This document shows, piece by piece, positions 44,648 to 55,751 of a DNA stretch of 64,000 nt. Position numbers and translations under genes: made by a program. Within the stretch, counting starts at the first letter, position 1; each line of letters starts with the position of its first letter. The stretch comes from an uncultured Clostridiaceae bacterium. Its GTDB lineage: Bacteria; Bacillota; Clostridia; TANB77; CAG-508. The notes beneath the pieces are model-generated. The model ran no database searches, had not been told where the DNA came from, and saw nothing but the letters and a program-made list of their open reading frames with translations. The stretch is taken from contig CAOJCG010000005.1 of the NCBI GenBank assembly GCA_948356915.1, positions 29,147-93,146 on the forward strand. Direction: 5' to 3'.

Positions 44648-45649
44648 ATGAAAAAATCAATTAAAATAACATTAATGTTAATTTTATTAATTACCATGAT
44701 GGTAATGCCAACTTTTATATCAGCAAATACTGAAAGCAAAATATTAAAAAAATCAGATAAATATCTAATTTATAATGAAAATGCGATGAATGAAGAATTC
44801 ACATTTGCATTTGGAACAGAAAATCAAAGTAAAGAAAGTTTAATATTCTTTCCATCTGCAAAAGATACAAACGAAGAAGGAGCAAAAAATGTAGCATACA
44901 TAGATGATGCAACAAAAGGTTACCTAAACGAAAATTCAGAAGCATTTTTATTTGTTAGAAATAAAGAAGGAAAATACATAATAGAAGCAGAAAAAATAAA
45001 CCTAAAAAATGCAATAGATAATGAAGTAGTAGAAGGAACAACAAAAAGAATAAAAGTAGATACAAGCAAAACTGAAACAACTACAAAAACAATAGATGGA
45101 GTTAAAAACGAAGTAACAAAAGGAAAAGTAGTTATTACAGATGATGCAAAAGCTAAATATTCATACATATTAGTAAAATTACCAACAACAGGAGAAAATG
45201 ATTACTCAAAATTAATGAATCTAGCAGAAAAAATATCTAATAAAGAAGAAGTAGAAAAGTTAGATTTAATGCAAAAATTAGAATTAATGGAAAGTTTTTA
45301 TACACTATATACAGCAAAAGAGCCAAAAGCAAATGATAGTAGCTGGTTACCAGTTGAAAACTTAGAAATTATGCAACCAGAAGATTCAAAAAATGGAGAA
45401 CAATACATAGTATTTATTAAAAGTGTAAATGGGGAAGAAACAAAAATAGATGCACAATTCTTAACAAGCTATGATGAGTATAGCCCATTATACGAAAAAG
45501 AAACAGTAACAATAAAAGAAACATCAAAATTACCAGTAACATTTGATAGCACAACAACATTAATCGTAATATTTGCAATTATAATAGTAGCAATTATAAT
45601 AGTACTAGTTATAAGAAAAAAAGCAAGTAAAAAGGAAGAAAATAAATAA
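44648..45649 (+). CDS. Cell-surface protein with a C-terminal sortase-type sorting signal (LPVTF variant)
   Basis: Signal peptide. The C-terminus reads KLPVTFDSTTT, then a hydrophobic stretch, then RKKASKKEENK. The stop overlaps the sortase start (TAATG). Confidence 0.7.
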   Translation: MKKSIKITLMLILLITMMVMPTFISANTESKILKKSDKYLIYNENAMNEEFTFAFGTENQSKESLIFFPSAKDTNEEGAKNVAYIDDATKGYLNENSEAFLFVRNKEGKYIIEAEKINLKNAIDNEVVEGTTKRIKVDTSKTETTTKTIDGVKNEVTKGKVVITDDAKAKYSYILVKLPTTGENDYSKLMNLAEKISNKEEVEKLDLMQKLELMESFYTLYTAKEPKANDSSWLPVENLEIMQPEDSKNGEQYIVFIKSVNGEETKIDAQFLTSYDEYSPLYEKETVTIKETSKLPVTFDSTTTLIVIFAIIIVAIIIVLVIRKKASKKEENK

Positions 45650-46248
45650 TGAAAAAAATCTGTGATATAATTTTAATTTTATTAATTATAGGAGCAATCA
45701 TATTTGGGGTAATAATAGGAAGCGAATATATAAGAAGAGAAAAAAATGAAGATAAATTATCAGCAGTAGTTGCACAAATAGAAAGTATAAACACAGATGT
45801 AAATGAAACAAGCAAAGAAAATAAACAAGAACTTATAAAAGTAGATGGATATGATGTAGAAGGAATAATAGAAATTCCAAAAATAAACATTAAATATCCA
45901 ATAGTAAGTACAACAAGTGATGAGGCCATGAAAGTGGCCATCACAAAATTTTGGGGCACAAATATAAATGATATAGGTAACTATACTATGGCAGGTCATA
46001 ACTACAAAAATGGTACAATGTTTGGAAAGACAAAATACCTAGAAGTAGGAGACAAAATAAAAATGACTGACCTACACCTAAACACAGTAGAATACGAAAT
46101 ATTCAAAATATATACAATAGACCCAGATGACGTAACATGTGTAGAAAGTGTAGAACCAAATACAAGAGAAATAACACTTATAACATGTACAAATGGACAC
46201 AAAAACAGGCTAATAACAAAAGCCAGGGAAATTATAAAAAATAATTAA
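45649..46248 (+). CDS. Sortase
   Basis: N-terminal TM; catalytic His (MAGHN), TLITC Cys motif and downstream Arg (NRLI). Confidence 0.85.
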   Translation: MKKICDIILILLIIGAIIFGVIIGSEYIRREKNEDKLSAVVAQIESINTDVNETSKENKQELIKVDGYDVEGIIEIPKINIKYPIVSTTSDEAMKVAITKFWGTNINDIGNYTMAGHNYKNGTMFGKTKYLEVGDKIKMTDLHLNTVEYEIFKIYTIDPDDVTCVESVEPNTREITLITCTNGHKNRLITKAREIIKNN

Positions 46249-46267
46249 TTTAATTGGAGGGGAAAAA

Positions 46268-49200
46268 ATGAAATCAAGACTAAATTATAAGAGTAAGAGA
46301 ACTATTATAATTGTAGCAATTATTATCGTATTACTAGCAATAGCATCAACAGGTATATACATGTTTACAAAAGGTAATGACGAAGCAAGAGCCTTTACAG
46401 AAGGAAATACTACAATAGGAGGTTCAGAAACAAATCCAGGTTCAGAAGGAAATAATCCAACTGAAAATAATGGTACAGTAGAAGAACAACCAACAATAGA
46501 GCCAAATGTAGAACCAGAACAAGGTTCACAAAATAATAATAACCAAGGAACAACAACAGAAACACAAACACCTAATACACAAGGAACAACAACATCTACA
46601 ACAAATTCAAATGTTCCAAACCAAGAATATGTAACAGAAAGACAAGAAGAAGTAGAAAGATTAGTATCAGAAAGTTTCTTAGTAGGTTGGGCACCAATAA
46701 GTGTATCAGCAATGACAGAGAATATAGAATTAAATAAAGCAAACGAAGATGCAAACTATGAAGTATCAAAAGTAGCAACATTAGTAAATGGTGAAGCTAT
46801 AAGAAATGAAAATGGAGAATTTAAGGCAAGAGTAAAACCAGGAGATAAAGTTACATATGTAATAACAGTAAGAAATACAGGAAATGTAACAATTCAAAAC
46901 ATAAAAGTAGTAGACGAACTAGTAAACTATGAAGAAACTATACCAGTTTTAGCAATAGGTGATAGCAAAGAACTAGAAGTAACATATGAAGTAAAACAAG
47001 AAGATATAACAGAAAATGATACAATAATAAATACAGTAAAAGTATCAGATAAAGAAGAACCAATAGAAGGAAAAGAAGAAATACCATCAAACCCTTATGT
47101 AACAGTAAGTGGAGAAAAAACATGGGTAGCTCCAGAAGGAACAAAATACCCAACAATAACAATTAATTTACTAAGAGATGGAGAAAAAATAGATTCAAAA
47201 GAATTAGTAAATGGAAAAACAACATATTCATTCGAAAACATATATAAATATGATGAAATAGATGGACATGAATATAAATATGAAGTAACAGAAAATGAAG
47301 TAGAAGGATATACAAGCAAACAAGAAGAATATGATTTCACAAATGCAATAAGAACAGACTTAAGCTATACAGTAAATTACCTAGAAAAAGGAACAAATAC
47401 AGTTTTAAATACAGCCAAAACAGTAGATAATCAAACATTTGGAACAGAAATAACAAGTGCAGATGAAGTAATTACAATAGATGGATACAAATATGATAGT
47501 GTAGATAAAGAAACATTAATAATAGGAACAGAAACAAATGAAATAAACATTTACTACACAAAACGTGCAGACTTAAGCTACACAGTAAACTATTTAGAAA
47601 AAGATACAAATAACGTATTATCAACAGCAAAAACAGTAGGAAATCAAACATTTGGAGCAGAAGTAAAAGAAGAAGCAATAGAAATAGAAGGATACAATAA
47701 AGTAGCTCCAACACAAGAAACAATAACGATAAAAGTAGAAGGAAATGTAATAAACTTCTATTACACAAAACGTGCAGATTTAAATTACACAGTAAATTAC
47801 TTAGAAAAAGGAACAAATAAAGTATTACAACAAGCAAAAACGGAAAATAATCAAGTATTTGGAACAGTAATAACAAGTGCAAACGAAGTAACTACAATAG
47901 ATGGATATAACTATGATAGTGTAGATAAAGAAACATTAATAATAGGAACAGGAAGAAATGAAATAAATATTTACTACACAAAACGTGCTGACTTAAGTTA
48001 TACAGTAAATTACTTAGAAAAAGGAACAAATAAAGTATTACAACAAGCAAAAACAGAAAATAATCAAGTATTTGGAACAGTAATAACAAGTGCAGATGAA
48101 GTAATTACAATAGATGGATATAACTATGACAGTGTAGATAAAGAAACATTAACAATAGGAACAGAAACAAATGAAATAAACATTTACTACACAAAACGTG
48201 CAGACTTAAGCTACACAGTAAACTATTTAGAAAAAGATACAAATAACGTATTATCAACAGCAAAAACAGTAGGAAATCAAACATTTGGAGCAGAAGTAAA
48301 AGAAGAAGCAATAGAAATAGAAGGATACAATAAAGTAGCTCCAACACAAGAAACAATAACGATAAAAGTAGAAGGAAATGTAATAAACTTCTATTACACA
48401 AAACGTGCAGATTTAAATTACACAGTAAATTACTTAGAAAAAGGAACAAATACAGTATTACAACAAGCAAAAACAGAAAATAATCAAGTATTTGGAACAG
48501 AAATAACAAGTGCAAACGAAGTAATTACAATAGATGGATATAACTATGATAGTGCAGATAAAGAAACACTAACAATAGGAACAAGTGAAAATGTAATAAA
48601 TATATACTATACAAAACGTGCAGATTTAAGCTACACAGTAAATTACCTAGAAAAAGGAACAAATACAGTATTACAACAAGCAAAAACAGAAAATAATCAA
48701 GTATTTGGAACAGAAATAACAAGTGCAAACGAAGTAATTACAATAGATGGATATAACTATGATAGTGCAGATAAAGAAACACTAACAATAGGAACAAGCA
48801 CAAACGAAATAAACATTTACTATGTATCAGAAAAGATGGATATAGAAGTAATAAAAGTATGGGATGATGATTCAAATAGAGACAATAACAGACTAAAAAA
48901 TATAACTATACAACTATTAGTAGATGGAAATGAAACTCCAATACAAACAATAAATTTAAACAAAAAGATTGGAGAAGATGATAAAGGAAGAGATTTATGG
49001 AAAGGTACATTTGAAAATGTAGATAAATACTCAAATGGAAAATCTATAAATTATATAGTTAAAGAACTTGGAGAGAAAGACGCAAATAACGGATCTTATA
49101 AAGTAGCTTATGACTATAGTGATTATATAGAACATAATGTAGTTTCAATAACAAACTCATATACACCAGCAAAAGTAAATGGTAATGGAGAAATTAAAGT

Positions 49201-50746
49201 TACTAAAGTATGGGCAAACGATACAGAAAGTACAAGAAAAAATGTAACAATTAACCTATTAGCAAATGGAAAATCAACAGGAAAAACATTAACATTAACT
49301 GCAAATAATAACTGGACAGGAAAATTCACAGAATTACCAGAAAAGGCAAATGGTGAAAAAATAAAATATTCAATAACTGAAAATGAAGTAAAAGATTATG
49401 CAACAGTTATTACAGGAGACTCAGCAAAAGGATTTACAGTAACAAATACATTACAAAAAGCAGAAATTAGTGTTGAAAAAACAAGTCAACTATATAGAAA
49501 TGTAAAACTTGTAACTGAAGGACCAACAATGTATGGAGACACTATAAGATACACAATTACAGCTAAAAATACAGGAAATAAAGAAGGAAGCATAAAAGTA
49601 ACAGATTGGGTACCAGAAGGAACAACACTAAAAGAAAAAGGAAGTACAAACTTAAATGCTGATGAACTAAATGCGCTAACAACAAAAGCTGGATTAACAA
49701 AAACTATTAATGTAAAAGCAAACGCTACAACTTCAATATACTTTGAAGTAACAGTAACTGCAAAAGCAAATCAAACAATTAAAAATATAGCAAAATTAGA
49801 AGATGGAACAGATTTACCAGAAAAAGGTGAAGGACATAAAGTTGAAAAAACAATAAATGTTGCAGGTGGAGTAGCTTCAATAAAGAACAGTAATGTAGTA
49901 TTAGTATTAGATGTATCAGGAAGTATGGATGAAAAAATTACTTCAACAGATCCAAACGTAAAAACTCGTTTAGATGCTGCTAAAAAAGCAAGTAAAGAGT
50001 TAATAGATGGAATGTTTAAAGATGGAAACACAGGAAGTAAAGTATCTGTAGTAACATTTAGTAGTACAGGATTTATTATTAATAAAGATAATGCAGTAAC
50101 AATAGGAACAGCGAATTCAACAGAAACAGCAAATACTTTAAAAACAGCAATAGATGGATTAAATGCAGATGGAGGAACTCGTATAGCAGCAGGATTAGAA
50201 GTAGCACAACAACAAATAGAAAGCTTAAATAGTCAAAAAGCACAAAAAAATATTGTAATTGTTTTAAGTGATGGAGACTTTACAATTAGTAGTGATAATG
50301 ACACTATAGCTTCTAGTGCAGGAGAAACAGTAAGTAGAATTACAGAAAAAGCTAATAAATTAAAAGCAAGTTCAGCAAAACCAACTGTATATTCAATAGC
50401 ATTTGGAACAAAGAATACTAGTATACTAAAAGATATCATAGCTTCTAGAGCAAGCACATATAAAACAGCTACAGATGATTTAAATGACTTAATCAAGATA
50501 TTTAATGAAGTAGCAATAGAATCAGGTGCAACATCAGGAGTAACATCAACTAATGGTTTAGTAGAATTAACTAATATAGATACAACTAAAGACATAACTA
50601 TAACTATAAAAGGAAATAAAACTCCTATAACAGGTAAAGTAAGTACTATGTCACCAAAAGTAAAACAAATAGAAGGAAAATGGTATATAGACTTAGCCGA
50701 ATTTGAAGCAGATGCAGAAATAACAGTAAACTATGTAAAAAAATAA
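46268..50746 (+). CDS. Giant N-terminally anchored adhesin: DUF11-like and Cna-B-like domains, seven MucBP-like repeats, C-terminal vWFA domain
   Basis: 1492-aa ORF; repeats YTVNYLEKGTN...GY.YDS...INIYYTKR x7; MIDAS motif VLVLDVSGSMDE; no C-terminal sorting signal. Confidence 0.8.
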   Translation: MKSRLNYKSKRTIIIVAIIIVLLAIASTGIYMFTKGNDEARAFTEGNTTIGGSETNPGSEGNNPTENNGTVEEQPTIEPNVEPEQGSQNNNNQGTTTETQTPNTQGTTTSTTNSNVPNQEYVTERQEEVERLVSESFLVGWAPISVSAMTENIELNKANEDANYEVSKVATLVNGEAIRNENGEFKARVKPGDKVTYVITVRNTGNVTIQNIKVVDELVNYEETIPVLAIGDSKELEVTYEVKQEDITENDTIINTVKVSDKEEPIEGKEEIPSNPYVTVSGEKTWVAPEGTKYPTITINLLRDGEKIDSKELVNGKTTYSFENIYKYDEIDGHEYKYEVTENEVEGYTSKQEEYDFTNAIRTDLSYTVNYLEKGTNTVLNTAKTVDNQTFGTEITSADEVITIDGYKYDSVDKETLIIGTETNEINIYYTKRADLSYTVNYLEKDTNNVLSTAKTVGNQTFGAEVKEEAIEIEGYNKVAPTQETITIKVEGNVINFYYTKRADLNYTVNYLEKGTNKVLQQAKTENNQVFGTVITSANEVTTIDGYNYDSVDKETLIIGTGRNEINIYYTKRADLSYTVNYLEKGTNKVLQQAKTENNQVFGTVITSADEVITIDGYNYDSVDKETLTIGTETNEINIYYTKRADLSYTVNYLEKDTNNVLSTAKTVGNQTFGAEVKEEAIEIEGYNKVAPTQETITIKVEGNVINFYYTKRADLNYTVNYLEKGTNTVLQQAKTENNQVFGTEITSANEVITIDGYNYDSADKETLTIGTSENVINIYYTKRADLSYTVNYLEKGTNTVLQQAKTENNQVFGTEITSANEVITIDGYNYDSADKETLTIGTSTNEINIYYVSEKMDIEVIKVWDDDSNRDNNRLKNITIQLLVDGNETPIQTINLNKKIGEDDKGRDLWKGTFENVDKYSNGKSINYIVKELGEKDANNGSYKVAYDYSDYIEHNVVSITNSYTPAKVNGNGEIKVTKVWANDTESTRKNVTINLLANGKSTGKTLTLTANNNWTGKFTELPEKANGEKIKYSITENEVKDYATVITGDSAKGFTVTNTLQKAEISVEKTSQLYRNVKLVTEGPTMYGDTIRYTITAKNTGNKEGSIKVTDWVPEGTTLKEKGSTNLNADELNALTTKAGLTKTINVKANATTSIYFEVTVTAKANQTIKNIAKLEDGTDLPEKGEGHKVEKTINVAGGVASIKNSNVVLVLDVSGSMDEKITSTDPNVKTRLDAAKKASKELIDGMFKDGNTGSKVSVVTFSSTGFIINKDNAVTIGTANSTETANTLKTAIDGLNADGGTRIAAGLEVAQQQIESLNSQKAQKNIVIVLSDGDFTISSDNDTIASSAGETVSRITEKANKLKASSAKPTVYSIAFGTKNTSILKDIIASRASTYKTATDDLNDLIKIFNEVAIESGATSGVTSTNGLVELTNIDTTKDITITIKGNKTPITGKVSTMSPKVKQIEGKWYIDLAEFEADAEITVNYVKK
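47354..48830 (+). repeat. Seven tandem repeats of about 210 nt with a near-identical 633-nt higher-order duplication
   Basis: The sequence from about 47500-47815 recurs essentially identically 633 nt downstream (48133-48448). Confidence 0.9.
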
Positions 50747-50751
50747 AATAT

Positions 50752-50785
50752 AAAAGACGTAAGAATCGAAATTCTTGCGTCTTTT
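50752..50785 (+). terminator. Terminator after the adhesin gene
   Basis: aaaagacgtaagaat cgaa attcttgcgtctttt. Confidence 0.85.
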
Positions 50786-50805
50786 GCTTGTATAGAAAAA
50801 TTTTT

Positions 50806-50930
50806 GAAAGATTTGGTATGTGAAAGATTTAAGACGTGTCCATTTCTTTAGTTTATGTATTAATAATAAAGATTTGGTAAAGATTTGGGACGTAAAGATT
50901 TGGAAAGATTTGGGACGTGTCCATTTCTTT
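50806..50930. repeat. AAAGATTTGGGACG tandem/dispersed repeat cluster
   Basis: gaaagatttgg x5, and agacgtgtccatttcttt x2. Confidence 0.8.
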
Positions 50931-51062
50931 CCTTTATATATTAAAAATAGATTTGCAACATATATATAAGAGATAGGAAATTTTAATTGTAAAAAATACA
51001 ATAGAATCTAAAATTTCTTATCCCTCTTATTATTTGTTTAGTATTTTAAATTAATTAATGAA

Positions 51063-51887
51063 TTATAATTTTTCAATTTCCTCTTTAGTTAAACCAGTTA
51101 CTTTCATAATTAACGAAATATCAGTATTTTCATATTTCAATTTTTTAGCGATTTCAACTGTTTGCTGTTTAGAACCTTGTTCTAATCCACGTTCATAACC
51201 AGTTAATTCAATATTATTTTGGTCTAATATGTATTTTTCTCTTAAATCTGCTAAATATTGTTCATGTTCATCATTACTTATTTCTTCTAATACTTCTTTA
51301 GCTTTTTTTATTGTTTCATCTGCTTTGCTCATATCAAAATCACCTACTTTATTTATAAAATTAACCCAATTATCTAATTTTGCATTTGTTGAATATTTCT
51401 GTACTTTGGATAATTCAATTATATAAATTTCCATTGTATCTGTCAAGATAATGTCTTTATATTCTTCTTCTCTAAAATTCCACTTAGTCATATATTTTTG
51501 TATGCTTTTAAGTTTTTTTATTTCAAAATCTGTAAATAAAATTGATATACATTTATTTGCTTCAATATAATTTTTTCCTTTTTTTATTTCTTTACTATAC
51601 ATCTTACTTAAATAAAATAATATTCTTTTTTCTATATTTTTTTGATCTATTACTTGCATTTCGACATTACAATCAATATTATTGTTTAATTTTGCTCTAA
51701 TATCTAGTATCCCTAGCTTATCATTAAATACTTCTCTTTCTAATATTTCTTTACAATCAAGTTCTACGTCTTCAACTGTTTTTTTTAATATTGCATTTAA
51801 TAAACCTTTTGTTATTTGTTCATTTCCTATAAAGCCAAAAACACGTTTAAAAGTATAGTCGTTTTTTAATTCTAATAATTCGATAAT
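51063..51887 (-). CDS. Rpn-family recombination-promoting nuclease / putative transposase (PD-(D/E)XK)
   Basis: The conserved N-terminal region (NDYTFKRVFG...LDIRAKL...NVEMQ) lies upstream of the tracked ATG in the same open frame. No ATG/GTG/TTG is available there; ATT 51887 is possible. Confidence 0.65.
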   Translation of the reverse strand: MIELLELKNDYTFKRVFGFIGNEQITKGLLNAILKKTVEDVELDCKEILEREVFNDKLGILDIRAKLNNNIDCNVEMQVIDQKNIEKRILFYLSKMYSKEIKKGKNYIEANKCISILFTDFEIKKLKSIQKYMTKWNFREEEYKDIILTDTMEIYIIELSKVQKYSTNAKLDNWVNFINKVGDFDMSKADETIKKAKEVLEEISNDEHEQYLADLREKYILDQNNIELTGYERGLEQGSKQQTVEIAKKLKYENTDISLIMKVTGLTKEEIEKL

Positions 51888-52198
51888 ATCACAGCCTTTT
51901 TATTTTAAATTTAAAAATTTCTTGGAAAATATTTTAGGAAAGAAAATCCTAAAAGTTTAATAGAATATAAAATACTAAACAAAATAATATTAACATAAAG
52001 CCTGAAATATTTCAATAGCAAAAAATAAGAAATTTTGTCGAAATGGAAAAATACAAATAAAAAATTCACTATAGTGGAAAAAGTAAATATCTCAGCTTTT
52101 GCTACAAAAAAGTAACAAAATCGTAAACAAAATGTAACAAAAATCGATATAATATATAGTATAATATAATTGTATAGGTATAAAACAAGGAGAAATAA

Positions 52199-53296
52199 AT
52201 GGGAATAAGCAAAATATTGAAGAAATTTGATATTAAAGTAATTGGCAAAGTAAGTAAAGAACAACAAATAATTATATCAGATAGTGTAGCAACAAAAATA
52301 ACAAATAAATTTAATTTTATAGATTATGGATATATATATACAAAGCTAATGAGAGCAAAAATGTATATAGCAATAATACCAGAAGGAATGACCAGAGCTA
52401 TATATTCTTATGAAGAAGATACTTTATTTATAAGTGACGAAGAAGACTTAAATAATATCTCAAAAGAACTATTATATGAATGTATTCATACAATGCAAGA
52501 CATAAGAGATAAAAAAGGCAATGTAAAGCAATTAGGACAATGTATATTTTCAGATTATAAAGTATATGCTATGGCATTAAATGAGGCCTCGATACTATAT
52601 ATAACACAAAAGATATTTGAAGAAGAAATAAAATATGTAGAAGCATATGGAATAAAAGCAAACACATACAGCCCAAATAGTTACCCATTAATATGCAATA
52701 TATTATTACAATTATTATTTTTATCAAACGAAAAAACACTAATAAAAAGTACACTAAATTCAACAGATGAATTTTTAATAGAAGGAATAGGACAAATAGG
52801 AGAAGGTAGCTATGTAAACATACAAAACAATTTAGATGAGATGTTATATGCATCAGAAGAAATAGTAGGAATAAAAAGAAGTTTGAAAAATAATACAAGT
52901 GATGGAAATATGGAAGAAATAAATAAAGCATTAAATACAATGTATGAAAAAGAAGCTATAATAAGAAAATTATATATGGATTCACAAATGAGTATATTTA
53001 CTATGTACTTTGATAGACTCTATAATAGAGTACAAACTATTTCAGATATACAAATATATAGAAAAAAATTGGAAGATTATAAAAAACTAATAGGTTTTTA
53101 TACAAATGAAAGCCAAGAATACTTTTTAGAATATTATGAAGGATATTATAAAGAAAAAGAAGAAAAACTGATAGAAAAAGAGAATGAAATAAAAAGAAAA
53201 AATGATTTAGCATTAACGGTTATTTCAGATAATATGATAGTGCAAATATTTAGGCAAATAAAAAATACAATAGCAAAGATGTTAAAAAAAGCATAA
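52199..53296 (+). CDS. Hypothetical protein (365 aa)
   Basis: SD aaggag plus ATG; no recognisable motifs. Confidence 0.5.
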   Translation: MGISKILKKFDIKVIGKVSKEQQIIISDSVATKITNKFNFIDYGYIYTKLMRAKMYIAIIPEGMTRAIYSYEEDTLFISDEEDLNNISKELLYECIHTMQDIRDKKGNVKQLGQCIFSDYKVYAMALNEASILYITQKIFEEEIKYVEAYGIKANTYSPNSYPLICNILLQLLFLSNEKTLIKSTLNSTDEFLIEGIGQIGEGSYVNIQNNLDEMLYASEEIVGIKRSLKNNTSDGNMEEINKALNTMYEKEAIIRKLYMDSQMSIFTMYFDRLYNRVQTISDIQIYRKKLEDYKKLIGFYTNESQEYFLEYYEGYYKEKEEKLIEKENEIKRKNDLALTVISDNMIVQIFRQIKNTIAKMLKKA

Positions 53297-53344
53297 CATA
53301 AGAGTTTCAGTACAATGAAAATTGCTAGAAACTCTTATATTATA

Positions 53345-53445
53345 TACGTATATTTAAAGTTTAAAATGTAGGGGCTTAATCGGTTAGTAATACAAAAAAG
53401 GATTTACCGAATTACGCCCTTTCTTGTAGTATAGGGAAAATCGAT
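53345..53445. repeat. ATTTAAAGTTTAAAATGTAGGGGC element, ttaatcgg variant
   Basis: gtaggggcttaatcggttag...taccgaattacgccc; the same variant occurs at 61197 and 16313. Confidence 0.75.
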
Positions 53446-53506
53446 TTAAAATCCTTTACTATTATATTAAAAAGATGTAGTTTCTAATTTGAAGAAATTA
53501 CATCTT

Positions 53507-53794
53507 TTATAAAAACATATTTAAAAAATTAATAGTAACCATGCTTAAAGCAATTTTCCAAGAAATTCTAAAACTCTTTTTAAAGAAGTTCTTAACAGCG
53601 ACAACTTGATAATTTTCTCTAACAGTTAAGGCTAAACAGTTGGTAGCTGTGTCTATATCGTTATTTAGTTCACGTTCGATATCAGAATCAATATTTGTTT
53701 CTATACTAGTAGTTGTGGTATTTTTAACTTCAAAAGTGTTAGTTTTTATATTGTTTTCTAATTCATTATGAATCTCCAAAATTCCATTTTTCAT
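53507..53794 (-). CDS. Hypothetical 95-aa protein with a hydrophobic C-terminus
   Basis: ORF only; weak SD. Confidence 0.4.
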   Translation of the reverse strand: MKNGILEIHNELENNIKTNTFEVKNTTTTSIETNIDSDIERELNNDIDTATNCLALTVRENYQVVAVKNFFKKSFRISWKIALSMVTINFLNMFL

Positions 53795-53889
53795 ATAAGC
53801 TCACGCCCTTTATAATTTCCTTTGAGTAAGAGAATTAATATTAAATACTCTATACTATTATTATACTATAAAATTAATAAAAAAGTAAA

Positions 53890-53933
53890 TAGAAAACAAA
53901 AAGAAAATCGCGGCCTATAATATAGGTCGCGAT
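53890..53933 (-). terminator. Intrinsic terminator/attenuator on the minus strand
   Basis: atcgcgacctata tt ataggccgcgat followed by tttctttttgttttc when read on the minus strand. Confidence 0.65.
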
Positions 53934-54002
53934 ATTTCAAAATTTCACACTATTCAGTTTTGGAGAAGTTTACTTAAAATATAAGTAAACTTGAATTATA
54001 TG

Positions 54003-54440
54003 CTACGTAAAACCTGAATGAAAATTGTTTTTCAAAACCATCGCTGAAATTCTCCTGCCGCCACATCTGGGCGCGAAACAATATTTTTTAGTTACGTTTA
54101 AAGTTAAACAAATCCACTCGTATGCCACATGTTTTTTCCCTCCTGCTGGGATGCAAATTATTCTTTTTTTGAATTATAAAGTTTTACTGCTAAACAAATC
54201 CAGTTGTATACCGCATTAAATACTCCTCCTTTTTTTAGTATAGTTTAAAATACGGATTTCGAATTGTGCTCCCACGCTTCAAGGGGAGCTTTAGCGCGCA
54301 CTGCGCTGCACCGGCCGCTTAGGCGAAAATGTTTATAATAGAATAATTAAATAATTTGTTGCTACCAGGTCCTCTTACCATAAGCTTTCTCCTTTTCCTT
54401 TTATGAAATTTTCAAGTTACTATGTTCTCACCCGAGAACT
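54003..54440 (-). ncRNA. Candidate structured leader/ncRNA carrying four SD-preceded mini-ORFs
   Basis: Locally GC-rich, no long ORF. Mini-ORFs at 54381-54319, 54216-54190, 54130-54104 and 54041-54003, each 7-9 nt after a GGAG-type SD. GC-rich hairpins agcgc...gcgct and gctccc...gggagc. Confidence 0.4.
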
Positions 54441-54704
54441 AAATTTATTATAACACAAGAATTGACATAATACAATACTTTTTTGAAAAAAATTTGAAAA
54501 AATTTCAAAAAAATGAAAATCTTCCTAAAATAATATTTATAAACACTTGAAAACTAAGGTCACTTGGTATAAAATAACAATGTTAGTAAATAATATAAAA
54601 AATGAAAAGTGGAGAACATTTTACTATTTTTAGAACATATTTATAAGGAAAGAATATACTTCTTATAAATAAATGCTATAAAGAGGTAATATATGTATCC
54701 CTGA

Positions 54705-55733
<1,029 letters not shown>

Positions 55734-55751
55734 AGTGCTCGCTTCGCTTGC

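Noticed and set aside
54025-54219. Plus-strand 64-aa ORF in the GC-rich island.
   Set aside because: It has no SD and an implausible composition. It overlaps better-supported minus-strand mini-ORFs and hairpins.
54240-54440. tmRNA (ssrA), suggested by acggatttcgaatt on the plus strand, which resembles the tmRNA 5' ACGGATTCGAC.
   Set aside because: There is no 5' GGGG acceptor half, no tRNA-like 3' end (TTCGAATCC...CCACCA), and no ANDENYALAA-type tag reading frame.
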